Shown in pieces: positions 1 to 11,459 of a stretch of 64,000 nucleotides of DNA; within the stretch, counting starts at the first letter, position 1; the number at the start of each line of letters is the position of its first letter. The notes under the pieces were generated by a model. It did no database searches. It had not been told where the DNA came from and worked only from the letters and a program-made list of their open reading frames with translations. Location of the stretch: contig CM052825.1 in assembly GCA_028534125.1 (NCBI GenBank), positions 8,680,001-8,744,000 of the forward strand, read 5' to 3'. Source of the stretch: Lama glama. Taxonomy: Eukaryota. The position numbers and the translations under genes are program-made.

Positions 1-950
1 AGGTTTCTGGGCCCTTCACTCACCTCACCCTTGTCGACCTGCTGTACAGCTTAATGATGTTGCTAATTATTCCCTCTGTCCCCATTCAGTAGGACCCACA
101 GCCTTTCCTGGCTAGCCTTCCATGTGTCACTAACCGATGTCCTCTGCCATTTTTTACAATGGCTTCAAATAACATTCACAGATCCCTAAGCCCCTAACTT
201 CCTGGGGATGACCTTGCCTCCAACTTTCTAGAGAAGACAGAAGGTGTCAGGAATGAACTCCTTCATTCCCTCCCCACCCAACTTCACCTGCAAACAAACC
301 CCCGCCCCGGTTCTTAGCATCTCCCGCCTCATCTCAGTGGAAGAGGCATTGCTATTCCAGGCTGAGAGGCCAGAACTTCCATCTGGGTTGGGCCCCCTTC
401 CTGCCACCTCAGCCCCACTTGCTCCTGTTTTATGAACTTCCCCCACTCTGCTCACCCTTCCCCACATCATTCAGACAGTCTCAGATGCCCCCCAAGTTAA
501 AAGATGAAATCTCCCCTTACTCCCGGGTCTCCCTCGAGCTACTTTCTCCTTCCTCCCTAATCATGGTCTCTGTGCCTCCCAGTCACTCCTCGGCAGCCCA
601 TCGTGCTCTAGCACTGGCCACTCCCCCCTCCACCGCCCTGAGGGCATCCTCACCGCTGTCGTGAAAGGCCTCCTCCTTGCTGAACTTGCTGAGACTTTCC
701 AGTCTGAGATGTCTCAGCAGCGCTTGACCCTGAGGGCCGTTCTGTCCTTCCAGAAATTCCCCACTCTCTCGGTGCACATCACTGCTCACTGCGGACTTCC
801 TCCTGCTTCTCTGATGGGTCTTTTCATCTCCGCTGCAGTGACTCCTTTTCTGTTGATTCTCACACTTCTGTTAAGTTCTGAGTCCTCAGCTCTCCCCTCA
901 CTGTGTATCCTTCTCTTGGTGACATCTTCTTCCCCTAGCTACAGGTGACG
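1..950 (+). mobile_element. Old LINE-2 internal (ORF2) fragment
   Basis: Pyrimidine-rich decayed sequence resembling the L2 RT region, e.g. ctcaccgctgtcgtgaaaggcctcctccttgctgaa...tctcagcagcgcttgacc. Confidence 0.65.
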
Positions 951-969
951 CCAAACACTCGTTGACTCC

Positions 970-1285
970 TGATGGCAGAGGCTGTTGGTGGCCTGCCAAC
1001 ATCCATCACCTTCCCTCTTCTTTCCTTCTGCCTCCCTCCTACCATGGAAGGTGACAGCTGCAGACGTTTGCTTCTCCAGCCTCCCTTGCTGCTAGAGGTG
1101 CCGTGTGATCTGCCTGACTCTGTGCGGCTCTGCCATGTCCTAGCTCTGTGATGTGGCCAAGTGCTTCACGTCTGTGAACGTCAGTGTCTTCTGTAGTATG
1201 GGTCTCATGAGAGGATGAAAGGAGCCGTCCACGGGGACTCACCGGAAATGTCCTGTCCTCCCTTCTCCCTGAAGCCCAGCTCTCT
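970..1285 (+). mobile_element. MaLR LTR fragment (old MLT1)
   Basis: tggcagaggctgttggtggcctgccaacatcc and ctccagcctcccttgctgctagaggtgccgtgtga are typical MLT1 motifs. Confidence 0.55.
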
Positions 1286-1365
1286 GGGTGGGGGTGGTGG
1301 ATCTGTGTTTTCACAGGTTCTCCAGGGGATTCTGATGCCTGCTAGGGCTTGAGAGCCACTGACCT
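1286..1365. mobile_element. MER5-type hAT-Charlie fragment
   Basis: atctgtgttttcacaggttctccaggggattctgatgc...ttgagagccactg matches the MER5 end motif. Confidence 0.6.
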
Positions 1366-3265
1366 CAGCCAACACCTTCATTTTATACCTGGGAAAACTG
1401 AAACCGGGAGCAGGGAGGGGGTTTGCTCACAGATGATTCATGGAAGAATCCCGATCGCCAGTGCTCCTCTGCACTGCTTCTGCAAAACTTTGGATAGTTG
1501 AGCTCACCATGCATATATTTGAGTCTGAATGGGCCGGAGACCAAGGGAACTTCACACCCTGGATGAAGCCACACTGTGAGGCCCGACCTGGAGGGGTGAG
1601 CAAGTGGTTCTCTCCCAGTCGCTCCTCATGACCTGATCCTTCTCTCAGGTCGTGTGTCTCTTGTGGGTGGATTGCCCACCGGCAGCTCAGCTGAGCAGTG
1701 CTCTGTGGGGTGGCACAGCATATAACCAGGCACGCAGATTTGGGTTCTCACTTTGCCTTCACTTTGGGACCCTGAGGAACTTACCTTAACCTCTGTGGGC
1801 TGCGACTTCCTTTGTTAGTTAGAGATGGTCTCTATCTACGTCATAGTGTTACTTTGAGAATTGAACTCTGACTATCCTGGAGGGGCCCATCGACAAATGC
1901 CCCTGTCTGGGGCCCTCCGCAGAGGGAGACGCTTTGGCAGAGATGAAGCCACAGGAGGGCTGAGGGGACAGATTTAGGAGCCCAGCAAATCAGAAGCACA
2001 CACTCACATATACCCTCACGTACACGCGTATACATTCACTCACACTCAGATGCACACTCATACACTCACACAAAAGCACACACATGAAGAGACAGAGAAG
2101 AGTTCACTTTTGACAAGCCTATCCAGAATTTTGCAATCAGAATCAAGAAAAAAGCGATTTTAATTACAGCATTAATGTAATGAGTGTCATTCTGAAAAGT
2201 ACCATTTTGCTGTGAATTGTGGAGTGCGTAGGGCGTCACCATCTTCAATGTTCAGAGCCCCTAAACTGGCCCTGGGTGTTTAAGGGGCCATGGAGAGCCC
2301 GAGCTGGATCCCCCAGCCTCTTTCCCGCGTTTCTGTCCGGCAGGGGGACTGAGAACAGATTGGTCAGGACCCAAATCAGCGGGTGGACAGATGGGGACCA
2401 ACTGGAGACTGTTGCTAGGGAAACACCACTCCATGCAAATTCCTCTGGACTGGGGAGAGGGCACCAGCAAGCCCGCCGTCTTCTTACCCTTCTTCTCGTT
2501 CTCTCAGTGGCCCAAGTCCTGTTTCTCCTTCTCTCTCTCTCTCTGCTGCTCTTTAGTAGATGTTACCCCACAGATGTCTGATGTGACGTTGCATCAGCAG
2601 TCATTAGGAGTGAGTCTGTAGTAGGCACAGGATTAGGCTAGTAAGACTGACACAGCAGATTTTTATGACCCACGCATCCCTCTGGGGTGAATTCAGCATC
2701 ACCCCGTACCATGTGGGGAGCTGGTTCAGTCCAGCATTTTCCAGGAGCTTTGCCGGGAGAATGCAGCCTCAGGCTCAGTGCCAGGCGACTGTGGGCAAGA
2801 TTGGGAGCAGCCCATTAGCCACGAGTGGCCCATCTGAGCTCCGCACCTGCTCTGACGATGGACCCCACTAAGCTTTGGCAGCCGTGCTTCCTGAACTGAC
2901 GCATGGCTCCACTTTCATGGCCCAAGCTTGCCACATCTTTCCACAATAAAACTGTGATGGAAGTTAATTGCCTGCATCACTCTGCAATTGAACAGGTCCA
3001 TAAAATGTTTATTAGGTGCAATCGCAAGGATCGAATGGGAGGCTGGTCGCTTGGTTTTGGCCTGCGGTTAACATCTGGAGGGTCCTGGGTGGGGACGTGT
3101 CCTAAGAATTGCTGATGTTGAGCATTTAGATGGACTTTTCTCGGAGCTGTTCCAAAGCTTTTAGGAGATAGACTTGGCTATTTACTTGGGAATTCTTGCT
3201 GGTGGCTATCGAGGCTGAGAATATCCTCAGTTTCTTGTGCTACTATTCAGAGCATTTCAGTTTCT

Positions 3266-3924
3266 TTCCTTTTTTTTTGGCTGTAATTTTTAAAAATTGA
3301 AGTATAGTTGATTTACAATATTGTATCAGTTTCAGGTATACAACATAGTGATTCAGTATTTTTATGGATTATACTGCATTTAAACTTATTATGACATATT
3401 GGCTATATTCCTTGTGCTGAATAATAAATCCTTGTGTCTTATTTATTTCATACATAGAACGTTTGTATCTGTTAATCTCCTACTCCTCCCTTCTTTCCTC
3501 TCCCCACTGGCAACCACTAGTTTGTTCTCTATATCTGCGTCTGTTTTTGTTTTGTTATATTCATTAGATTGTTTTATTTTTTAGATTCCACATGTAAGTG
3601 ATAACATACAGTATTTGTCTTCCTCTGACTTATTTCACTAAGCATGATACCCTNNNNNNNNNNNNNNNNNNNNNNNNNNNNNNNNNNNNNNNNNNNNNNN
3701 NNNNNNNNNNNNNNNNNNNNNNNNNNNNNNNNNNNNNNNNNNNNNNNNNNNNNNNNNNNNNNNNNNNNNNNNNNNNNNNNNNNNNNNNNNNNNNNNNNNN
3801 NNNNNNNNNNNNNNNNNNNNNNNNNNNNNNNNNTTTTTGAATTAGTGTTTTTGTTTTCTTTGGATAAATACCTGGAAGTGGAATTGCTGGATTATGTAGT
3901 AGTTTTATTTTTAGTTTTTTGAGG
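3266..3924 (-). mobile_element. 5'-truncated LINE-1 (3' UTR plus ORF2 end), contains N-gap 3654-3833
   Basis: Poly-T followed by antisense L1 3' UTR (ttgaagtatagttgatttacaat); ORF 3630-3932(-) reads LKKLKIKLLHNPAIPLPGIYPK (ORF2 C-terminal region); 18-bp TSD cagagcatttcagtttct (3248-3265) / cagcgcatttcagttcct (3925-3942). Confidence 0.92.
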
Positions 3925-3960
3925 CAGCGCATTTCAGTTCCTGAGAGATATTTAGAAGTA

Positions 3961-4442
3961 CAGTCTTCCCCTCTTTGTCCATGNNNNNNNNNNNNNNNNN
4001 NNNNNNNNNNNNNNNNNNNNNNNNNNNNNNNNNNNNNNNNNNNNNNNNNNNNNNNNNNNNNNNNNNNNNNNNNNNNNNNNNNNNNNNNNNNNNNNNNNNN
4101 NNNNNNNNNNNNNNNNNNNNNNNNCTGCCCCGCCTGGGACGTGAATCATCCTTTTGTCCAGCGCATCCTGCGTGTTAGTCACTTAGTAGCTGTCTGGGTT
4201 ATGGGATTGACTTTCATGATATCACAGTGCTGGTGTTCAAGTGACCCTTGTTTTACTTAATGACAGTGATGCTGGCAATTCAGATGTTCTCTCACTGTGC
4301 CTAATTTATAAGCTAAACTTTATCATAGGTTTGTATGTTAGGAAAAAACATAGTATATATTGAGCTCGGTATTATCTTCAGTTTCAGGCATCCACATGGG
4401 GCCTTGGAACATTTCCTCATGGATAAGGTGGGGGAGCTACTG
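3961..4442 (+). mobile_element. MER44 (Tigger7-family, TcMar) DNA transposon fossil, contains N-gap 3984-4124
   Basis: Degenerate TIRs cagtcttcccctctttgtcc / ggataaggtgggggagctactg, preceded by TA; internal gggacgtgaatcatccttttgtccagc...gttagtcacttagtagc matches MER44. Confidence 0.85.
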
Positions 4443-4469
4443 TGAGCAGAGATCACTTGATGTGTAGTT

Positions 4470-4830
4470 TCATTGGTCAGCATGATTATTACTTACTGCT
4501 GCGGCAAAAGAGACTTGAATCTCAGTGGCTTGGAGAACAAAGGTTTATCCCTCACTCCTGTTATGTCTCCAGGAGCCTCTGCTCCAAACAGTCACTCAAG
4601 GACCCAGGACGAAGGAGACATCGTTGAGGACATGTCATCCCTGAGGTATCTGTGGAAGGAGAAGGGGAGGGTGGATAAGGTACAGTGGCTTTAGCTACCT
4701 TGACTTGGAAGTGATACATGTCATTTTTACTGACAGCCCATTGGTCAAAACCATTTACATGATTCCAACCGATTTGGAAGTGAGGCTGGGAAACACAGGG
4801 GCACACGCGGCATATTTGGTGAGCACTGAT
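4470..4830 (-). mobile_element. MaLR LTR (old MLT1)
   Basis: atctcagtggcttggagaacaaaggtttat...cccattggtcaaaaccatttacatg resembles antisense MLT1. Confidence 0.6.
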
Positions 4831-5949
4831 GTTCCTGTCGTGGCAGTTTTCCTCATGGTGTTGGTGGGACCTTCTCCATCAGCCCCTCACTGTGGGGTGG
4901 TGTCCACCATCTGGCCTCCAGGAGGCAGGCTATGAGATGCATTAATCAAAGAGCAGTCTCTGCAGAGTGACTCTCCTACTGATGACATAAAATCCATCCT
5001 CCCCAAAGGAGCAGTGGCTCCACGACGCTGTCTCAAGATGGGACACCAGTGTCACTTGAGAAATTTAAAAACAGTCAGCCGTGGGGCCCGGGCCTACAGA
5101 TTCTAGTGGGCAGGTCTGCAGTGGGGCCAGGCTTGGGAAACATTTGTGGGCTGACAGTGCAGATGAGGGAAGGTCCGTGGGCGAATCATTCTGGGGGCAC
5201 TCACTGGCAGGATTCCCGAGAAGTGACAGTGCAGCCTGTCCTGAGTCCCTGCAGACCATGGCCAGAGGCTTCCTCAGGCACTTTACAGTTTACAATGCAC
5301 TTCTGATTACATTCACTTAACTTTTATGAGGTACCTGCAATTTTCCAGAATCTCATTGGCTCTCTGTGGCAATATCCAAATACCAGTTATTATTATCATT
5401 ATGGAAAGTGTGTTGTCTATATTCTATGGGTGAGGCAAAGTTAAGTGATTAGCCTAAAGTTGTGAAGCCAAGTGACCAATCTGGGTCTAAAACTTCTTTT
5501 TCCCAGCTCCATATCAGACAGTCTCTCCATCATGCCAAGCCACCCCGATCAGATTCTCTGCTTCCAGAAAGATGCTGTACTGCACCCTTCCTGCAGAAGA
5601 GCTCCCCTCCCCCCTGCCACCTTCCCTGTCACATCCTATTCCAATCTCTCTTGGTGTAAATTGGACAGGCTGATGCATAGAGAGCTGACATCTGGCCTCT
5701 TCTCGCAAACCACGGTTGGAATAAATGATGACTCCCCCTTGTATTCAATCAAAGTAAATTTAAGAGCAGACATCATCAAAGACTGGAGATTGTTCAGCAG
5801 AGCACTTTGCATGAGAACTGAAGTCATAGCGAACACCGTAGGCAGGCTAGATCTGCACATTTACCGTGACAAGCCTTAGCCAGGTAGCGATGAAGGGCTT
5901 CATACTAAAAATATCAGAATATAAGTCTTATACTAAAAAAGTCAGTGTA

Positions 5950-6240
5950 ACACAGCAGCATGCATAAATCTGAAAAACAGTTGCTGTTTGAAAGAAGCCT
6001 TATACCAAAGAGTCTACAATGTATGATGGCATTTGTATTAAGTTCTAGAACAGGTCAAACCAACAGATAGTGATAGGAATCAGATCAATGGTTGCTTCTG
6101 GGGTACGCAACACAGACAGCTTTCTGGGGTGATGGAATGTTCTGGGTCTTGATTGAGGTGCAGGTTACCTGGGGATGTGAAGTTGTCAAAAATGAATGGA
6201 TGTCAATTTAAGATCTGTGTGTTTAGCTGTAAATAATTTC
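5950..6240 (+). mobile_element. Old LINE-1 3' end (L1MC/L1ME type)
   Basis: gaaagaagcc...tgtatgat...aagttctagaacaggtcaaac...ggttgcttctgggg...tttctggggtgatggaatgttct. Confidence 0.75.
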
Positions 6241-6498
6241 TAGACAGAAAAGTCAGTATACTAAGACAATTTTCTGGAAGACGGAAAAAGGGGAAGGAAT
6301 TTGAATGGTAGGCACTGTTTTTCGGTTGTGCAAAGCCACGATACAGGCTAGAGGCTTTAAAAAAAGTCACGAGGTGGATGGAGGCTCAGGAACATCAGTA
6401 TTTAAAGACTGAGAGGAAGGAGAGACACGCAAAGGAAACTGGGAAAGTAGTGAGATAATTAGAAGTAAAGGCAAGGTCACAGAGCCTGAGCGTCACCA

Positions 6499-6741
6499 TA
6501 AGTTTAAGCCTATAATTAACCCTAAATCTTGCACTTAGTCTTACCCTAACCCTAAGCCCAGTCCTAAGACTAACCCTAATTATAACCCTCAGCCTATCCT
6601 GAGTCCTGGCCTTAGCCCAAACCTAATTCTAGCCTACCTCTAGCCTAGGCCTATCCTTAACCCTAACCTTAACCCTAACCTCAACCTCAAAAGTAACCCT
6701 GACCCTAACCCTAGTTGTAACCCTAAGGCTAACTGTAAGTG
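6499..6741 (+). repeat. Degenerate (TAACCC)n interstitial telomere-like array, about 40 hexamers
   Basis: Perfect TAACCC at 6517, 6547, 6571, 6583 (one phase) and 6658, 6670, 6694, 6706, 6718 (second phase), with variant hexamers between. Confidence 0.85.
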
Positions 6742-9700
6742 GGGATTGAAAAGTGAGCCTGGGGAGGATGGTATTAAATGTCCCTATGCCATCCTGTTGC
6801 TCCCAGGCCAAATGAGCCCAGAGGAGTTGGGAAAAATGGGGCAGAGAGGGAATCGTAGCCTCCTGCTGCAGAGGCAACGTTCCGCACAAATTATCCACAC
6901 GAAGGCCAACACGTTTTCTAACAAGGAGTCTAAATGGATTCTTTCCCGAGATGAGGGTGCACAGTGCTGTTACCAGGCCACCCTTTCAAAATGAACACCA
7001 GGACCCTGAGTGCCAGGGCTGGAAGGAACTGTCGGGTCAGCCCTTGTAGCTCTTCTTGGCAGATGGGAGACTGAGTCTTGCAGACAGGATCTCAGTGATG
7101 CCTGAGATCGCCAGGGGGACTGGAATCCCAGTCTCTGTTTCCGGCTTCCACCATTTGTCAAGAGGGATGATCAGGCCAAAAGTTAGGTCTGGCGATCTCT
7201 AGGGTTTCTAATGAATGTCTCTGTCACACAACTCCAGGGGGCACTATTCACTTTGCATTATATGTAAACAGTATTTACATTGAAACTCTATGTGAGTGAT
7301 CTCCCTGGGGTTGGGCAATGGCAAAGTCCTTTTTACACCAGAAAACTGGAATTTATTCTAAACTTATGGAAGACTCTCCCAGAACCCAAGAAGGCCAGAA
7401 AAATGACGGCATCAGGAAGAGATGAGAACCAGAATCGGGGCAGTACTGGTCACAGCCCTTTCTCTACACGGAGTGAAGCCGAGATGAGGTATCCTGGCTA
7501 ACTGCAGGTTCATTAGGAAAAAAAAAAAAAGGGAACAAGCCCCTTAGTTTAGGTCATAAATGGAACCTGCCCCGAGGAGCCAACTTGTCTTTGATCCCCT
7601 TTCCTGGGTCTCTCTCTGACTCCCAGCTGGATTCTTATGGGGAAAAAACTTTCCACCCTGTGGAATCATTTTAAACCACAGGAGAGAGCAGAGAAGGGTC
7701 TAATTCTGTGGACTCTTGTTTTACTCTTTCAACCAATGCCTGTCCCCTAATGTAGAAATGGGTGGATGGACTGCAGTTCCATGTGTCATTTGGTCCCCGG
7801 GTGCCTCTCATGCCCAAGATGGGAGCAAAGACACTGTGTTTGCTACCTCCCTATACACTGAATCTTTTTAACAGTCATCCTAATTTCACACATTCCCTTC
7901 CTTGGCTCTGCACACCATCAACATGCCCCAGAAATCCCAACGTTTTGGAAAAATGCGTACCTGGATGGATAAAGCGTTACGAGTAAAATATAGACTCACA
8001 TGTCAGTGACTCCCAGAGGCCCGCCCCTGGACATGAGCACACGGCGTGCATGTTTGAGTAGGAAAGTCAGGAGCTTGGCTCTGGTGTAAAAGTAATTGTG
8101 GAGTAAGGCTTGAGGCCACTAGGTTTGAAAGGGACCTCGGGGGTCCTTCTTACCAGTGGGCTGCTCCCGATTTTGCCTTGTGTTTTGACGTGGCTTGAAG
8201 AAGTGCGTTTGAAATTCTTTAGCTATCAAATCTTATTTCAGCATAAAAAAGAATAACAAAGCCAGGGAAGGGAACCTATTGCCAGTCGAGCTGTGCAAGA
8301 GGAATTTTGTTTTTTAGAGAAAGGTGACCATCCCCAGGCAGCGTGGTAGGGAGGTAGCGCTGCTCCTGACAGCTGGCTGGAAAATGTCTGCTGACTGGCC
8401 AAGCGAATTGTTGGCTGGCTTCTCAAGAGGTGCCAGTTGAAAACATTAAGAATAAGCAACTATTACACACAGGACGAATGACAGAGGAGACCAGGCAGAC
8501 ACAATTGCGGCTTTCTCCTTGGAAGTTTATAGTCTTCCCGTGGGTAGTTTTGTTCTTTTCAATTAAAGTGGTTCATTAAATCTAAGCCCAGATGTGATCA
8601 TTTCTTGTTTCTTTTCAGGATTTTTGCCCTCTTTTTCTCAACAAATGAGTTTACAAATCAGGAAGTGTTCTCTCTCTGTATTCCCAGGTCTAGAATTTTC
8701 ATATATCGAATATCAAAGACCTGGAGGCTTGTAGGGGACTGGTAGGGGCTTTTTCTTGCACACTTTCCAGGAGTGAGCAGCCAGGACCAGAGGCCTGGTT
8801 TGGGCTTAGGCTGTGGTGAAGGGGGCCATGGGGATAAAGGGGAAGGGCTCTCCAGGAGGACGGGGACTTATCCTTGACCTTGGGCTGGAACAGGAGAGGG
8901 TGGAGATGGGAAGGAGGCTGCTGACTTCCGTATAGTTCAGTTCAATTCAATTCAACAAATAGTTGTTGAGCGCCCACCCATGCTGGGCTCTGACACCCAC
9001 GCAAGGTGCTCACCCCCATGACCTCCGCTGGCCGTTCTGCTGTGAAGGCTCCAGCTCCCCTCTACTCTGTGGGCCTTCTCTGCTCCCGAGGGCCTGGATT
9101 TGACCCTCCACACGCCCTGGTAGCCTCTTTCTTAGTTGCAGAACCTGGTATAAAGTAGTTGCTCAGGAAAAGCTTTCTGATTGAATGAAATGAAATGCAC
9201 TGTGACTTAGCAGACATTCGCCCAGGGGACTGAGGTTGGAGTAACGAGAGGAAAGCTATTCCCACAGTCCGGCACATCCACAGAATAGGTAATGAAGCAC
9301 GGGGTTATTGCAGAAGAAGGGAGGAGGCATGTGATACAATTCAATAGCAATTCTCCCCACGCCTGACTTATACAAACAAATCATAGCAATAATAAAAGAA
9401 AAAAAAAAAAAAGACTGCCTGCAATCTACCACCCTAATGTGGAAGCTGTCCTCATCACTGCCCCCGTCTTTCTTCCCTGTTCTCGTTCATGTCCACAGTT
9501 TTTATATTTATATTGTTGTAGCATCATTTTGTTTTCTGCTTGAAAAAATCAGGAGCGTTTTTTTCAGTTTGCTCCATTATCCTCATAATTACAGTCCCTA
9601 ATGGCTGCACCATTCTCCATGGGGTGGATGTATCATAATGTACTTCACATTTTTCCTACAGTTGCCAGTGCGGGCTGTTCCCAAGTCTTCGTTTTGATGG

Positions 9701-9910
9701 TAGAAATAATGAAACTGTCTTTTATATTCAGTTACAAAACATTTCATTCAACCCTTCCAACAGGTGACAAAGGAAGGAAGGAGGTCAAACAGAATTTGAA
9801 TCTATTTTTTAGAAACCAAACCCTTTACTCAGTCCACAGTTCTATATTGCTTTTTTAGACTTTACAAATAAAATGGCAGCGAATATTTTAAAGTAGCCTT
9901 TTCTTTTTTT

Positions 9911-10046
9911 AAAAAACTTTTTTTCCTGGGGGTTGGGTAGGTAATTAGATTTATCTATTTATTTATTTAAATAGAGGTACTGGGGATTGAACTCAGGACT
10001 TTGTTCATGCTAAGCACATACTCTACCACTGAGCTATACCCTCCCC
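9911..10046 (-). mobile_element. tRNA-derived SINE, camelid vic-1 type
   Basis: Minus strand reads GGGGAGGGTATAGCTCAGTGGTAGAG (A box)...GAGTTCAATCCCC (B box) then an AT-rich tail; TSD cttttcttttttt (9898-9910) / cttttcttctttt (10047-10059). Confidence 0.88.
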
Positions 10047-10693
10047 CTTTTCTTCTTTTGAATCATCTCCTGAAGTCAAGGTCCTAGAAATGATAGTTTA
10101 ATTCACATTTCTTTGATTGCCATGGGGTTGAACCACTTAAAAATGGCAATCCCTTTCTATGAAATTGAGTTTCGTCATTTGAGGAACAGTCCTCTCCCCA
10201 GTGCACTGTCCGCTTGAAACTTGTAAATTAACCCTTTGTTGGTCATATTTCAAGCAATTATGTACTCCAGTAATTCCCTTTTAATTTTAGTTGTGCTATT
10301 TTCAGGCCTTTTATGTGTTTTAAACTGATATTCTTTTCATCTGTGATTTCTTCCATTGCTGCAATGCTTGGAAAGTCATAATGCCATCAAAGAAGTGATA
10401 ATTAGTCAATTTTATTTTTTTGTTCTACTATATGATATTTTAATATTTAGCTCTTTAATCTACTTGGAAAAAATGACAGTATTTATGGTGCTCTCTCTCA
10501 TACACACATACACGCACACACACAAACACAGGGAATGTGAGAAAGGCAGTGTATTTATGAAAAGACCACAGGTCATGGATGAATAGGGGAAGTGCCATGT
10601 GTCTGGTTGGGAGATTAAAGACTGTAAGAAGTATATTATTATTGTTATTTATAAATTTATAAGTGTAAATATTTAATATCATGTAAATTAAAA

Positions 10694-10948
10694 AATCTAA
10701 ATGCATTTTTTAAATGGAAATAGAATTGACATACAACATTATATTAGTTTCAGGTGTACAACATAATGGTTTGCTATTTGTATATATAATGAAATAATCA
10801 CCATGGAAAGTCTAGTTAGTTAACATCTGTCACCATATGTACATTTTTTTCTTATGAGAACTTTTGAGATCTACCCACTTAGCAACTTTCAAATATACAA
10901 TTACAGTATTATCATCTATAGTCACCAAGCTTTACATTACATCCCCAG
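10694..10948 (-). mobile_element. Short LINE-1 3' end (L1MA-like)
   Basis: attgacatacaacattatattagtttcaggtgtacaacataatg is antisense L1 3' UTR; flanking duplication tatcatgtaaattaaaa (10677-10693) / tatcgtgtaaattaaaa (10949-10965). Confidence 0.88.
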
Positions 10949-11025
10949 TATCGTGTAAATTAAAAGTCCCAAAGGCATTTTTAGTGGGTTTTTATCAAAA
11001 GGATGTAAAAATTCACCTGGAGGAA

Positions 11026-11434
11026 TGTGGTAGATTATTTTTCTGTTCCCAGCGAAGCATTCCGTCTTTCTGTAAGAGAACCATGTGTCCTGCCCATTGC
11101 CATGGGGCTTGCCTGCCTTCCTGTGGGAGGAATATACATCCCATATCCATCAACATTGGGCCTAGTCATGTGACTTGTTTTGGCCAATGACATGTGAGCG
11201 GAGGCTCTACAAGGCATTGTGAGTCCCTAATGCCCTCTTGCTCCTTTCCTTCCATTGTGAGCATAACATGTCCCTGATGGGGGCTGCTTCTTCAGCCTGG
11301 GTCCGGGACTGAGAAGACTCAGGGAATGGTGTCACCAGAGCCACCACAGCTGACCTTTGCAGTGGTAAGCCACTGAGATGTGGAACCTGTTTGTTATTGT
11401 TATTGTTTGTTACTGTCTAGAAAAAACTAACACA
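11026..11434 (+). mobile_element. MaLR solo LTR (MLT1)
   Basis: TG...CA ends, cctagtcatgtgacttgttttggccaatg and taagccactgagatgtgg motifs; TSD aggaa/atgaa. Confidence 0.8.
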
Positions 11435-11459
11435 ATGAAGGCTAGACTATACAGTAATA

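Noticed and set aside
9975-10046. Apparent tRNA gene
   Set aside because: It continues into a SINE tail and is flanked by a TSD, so it is a tRNA-derived SINE head
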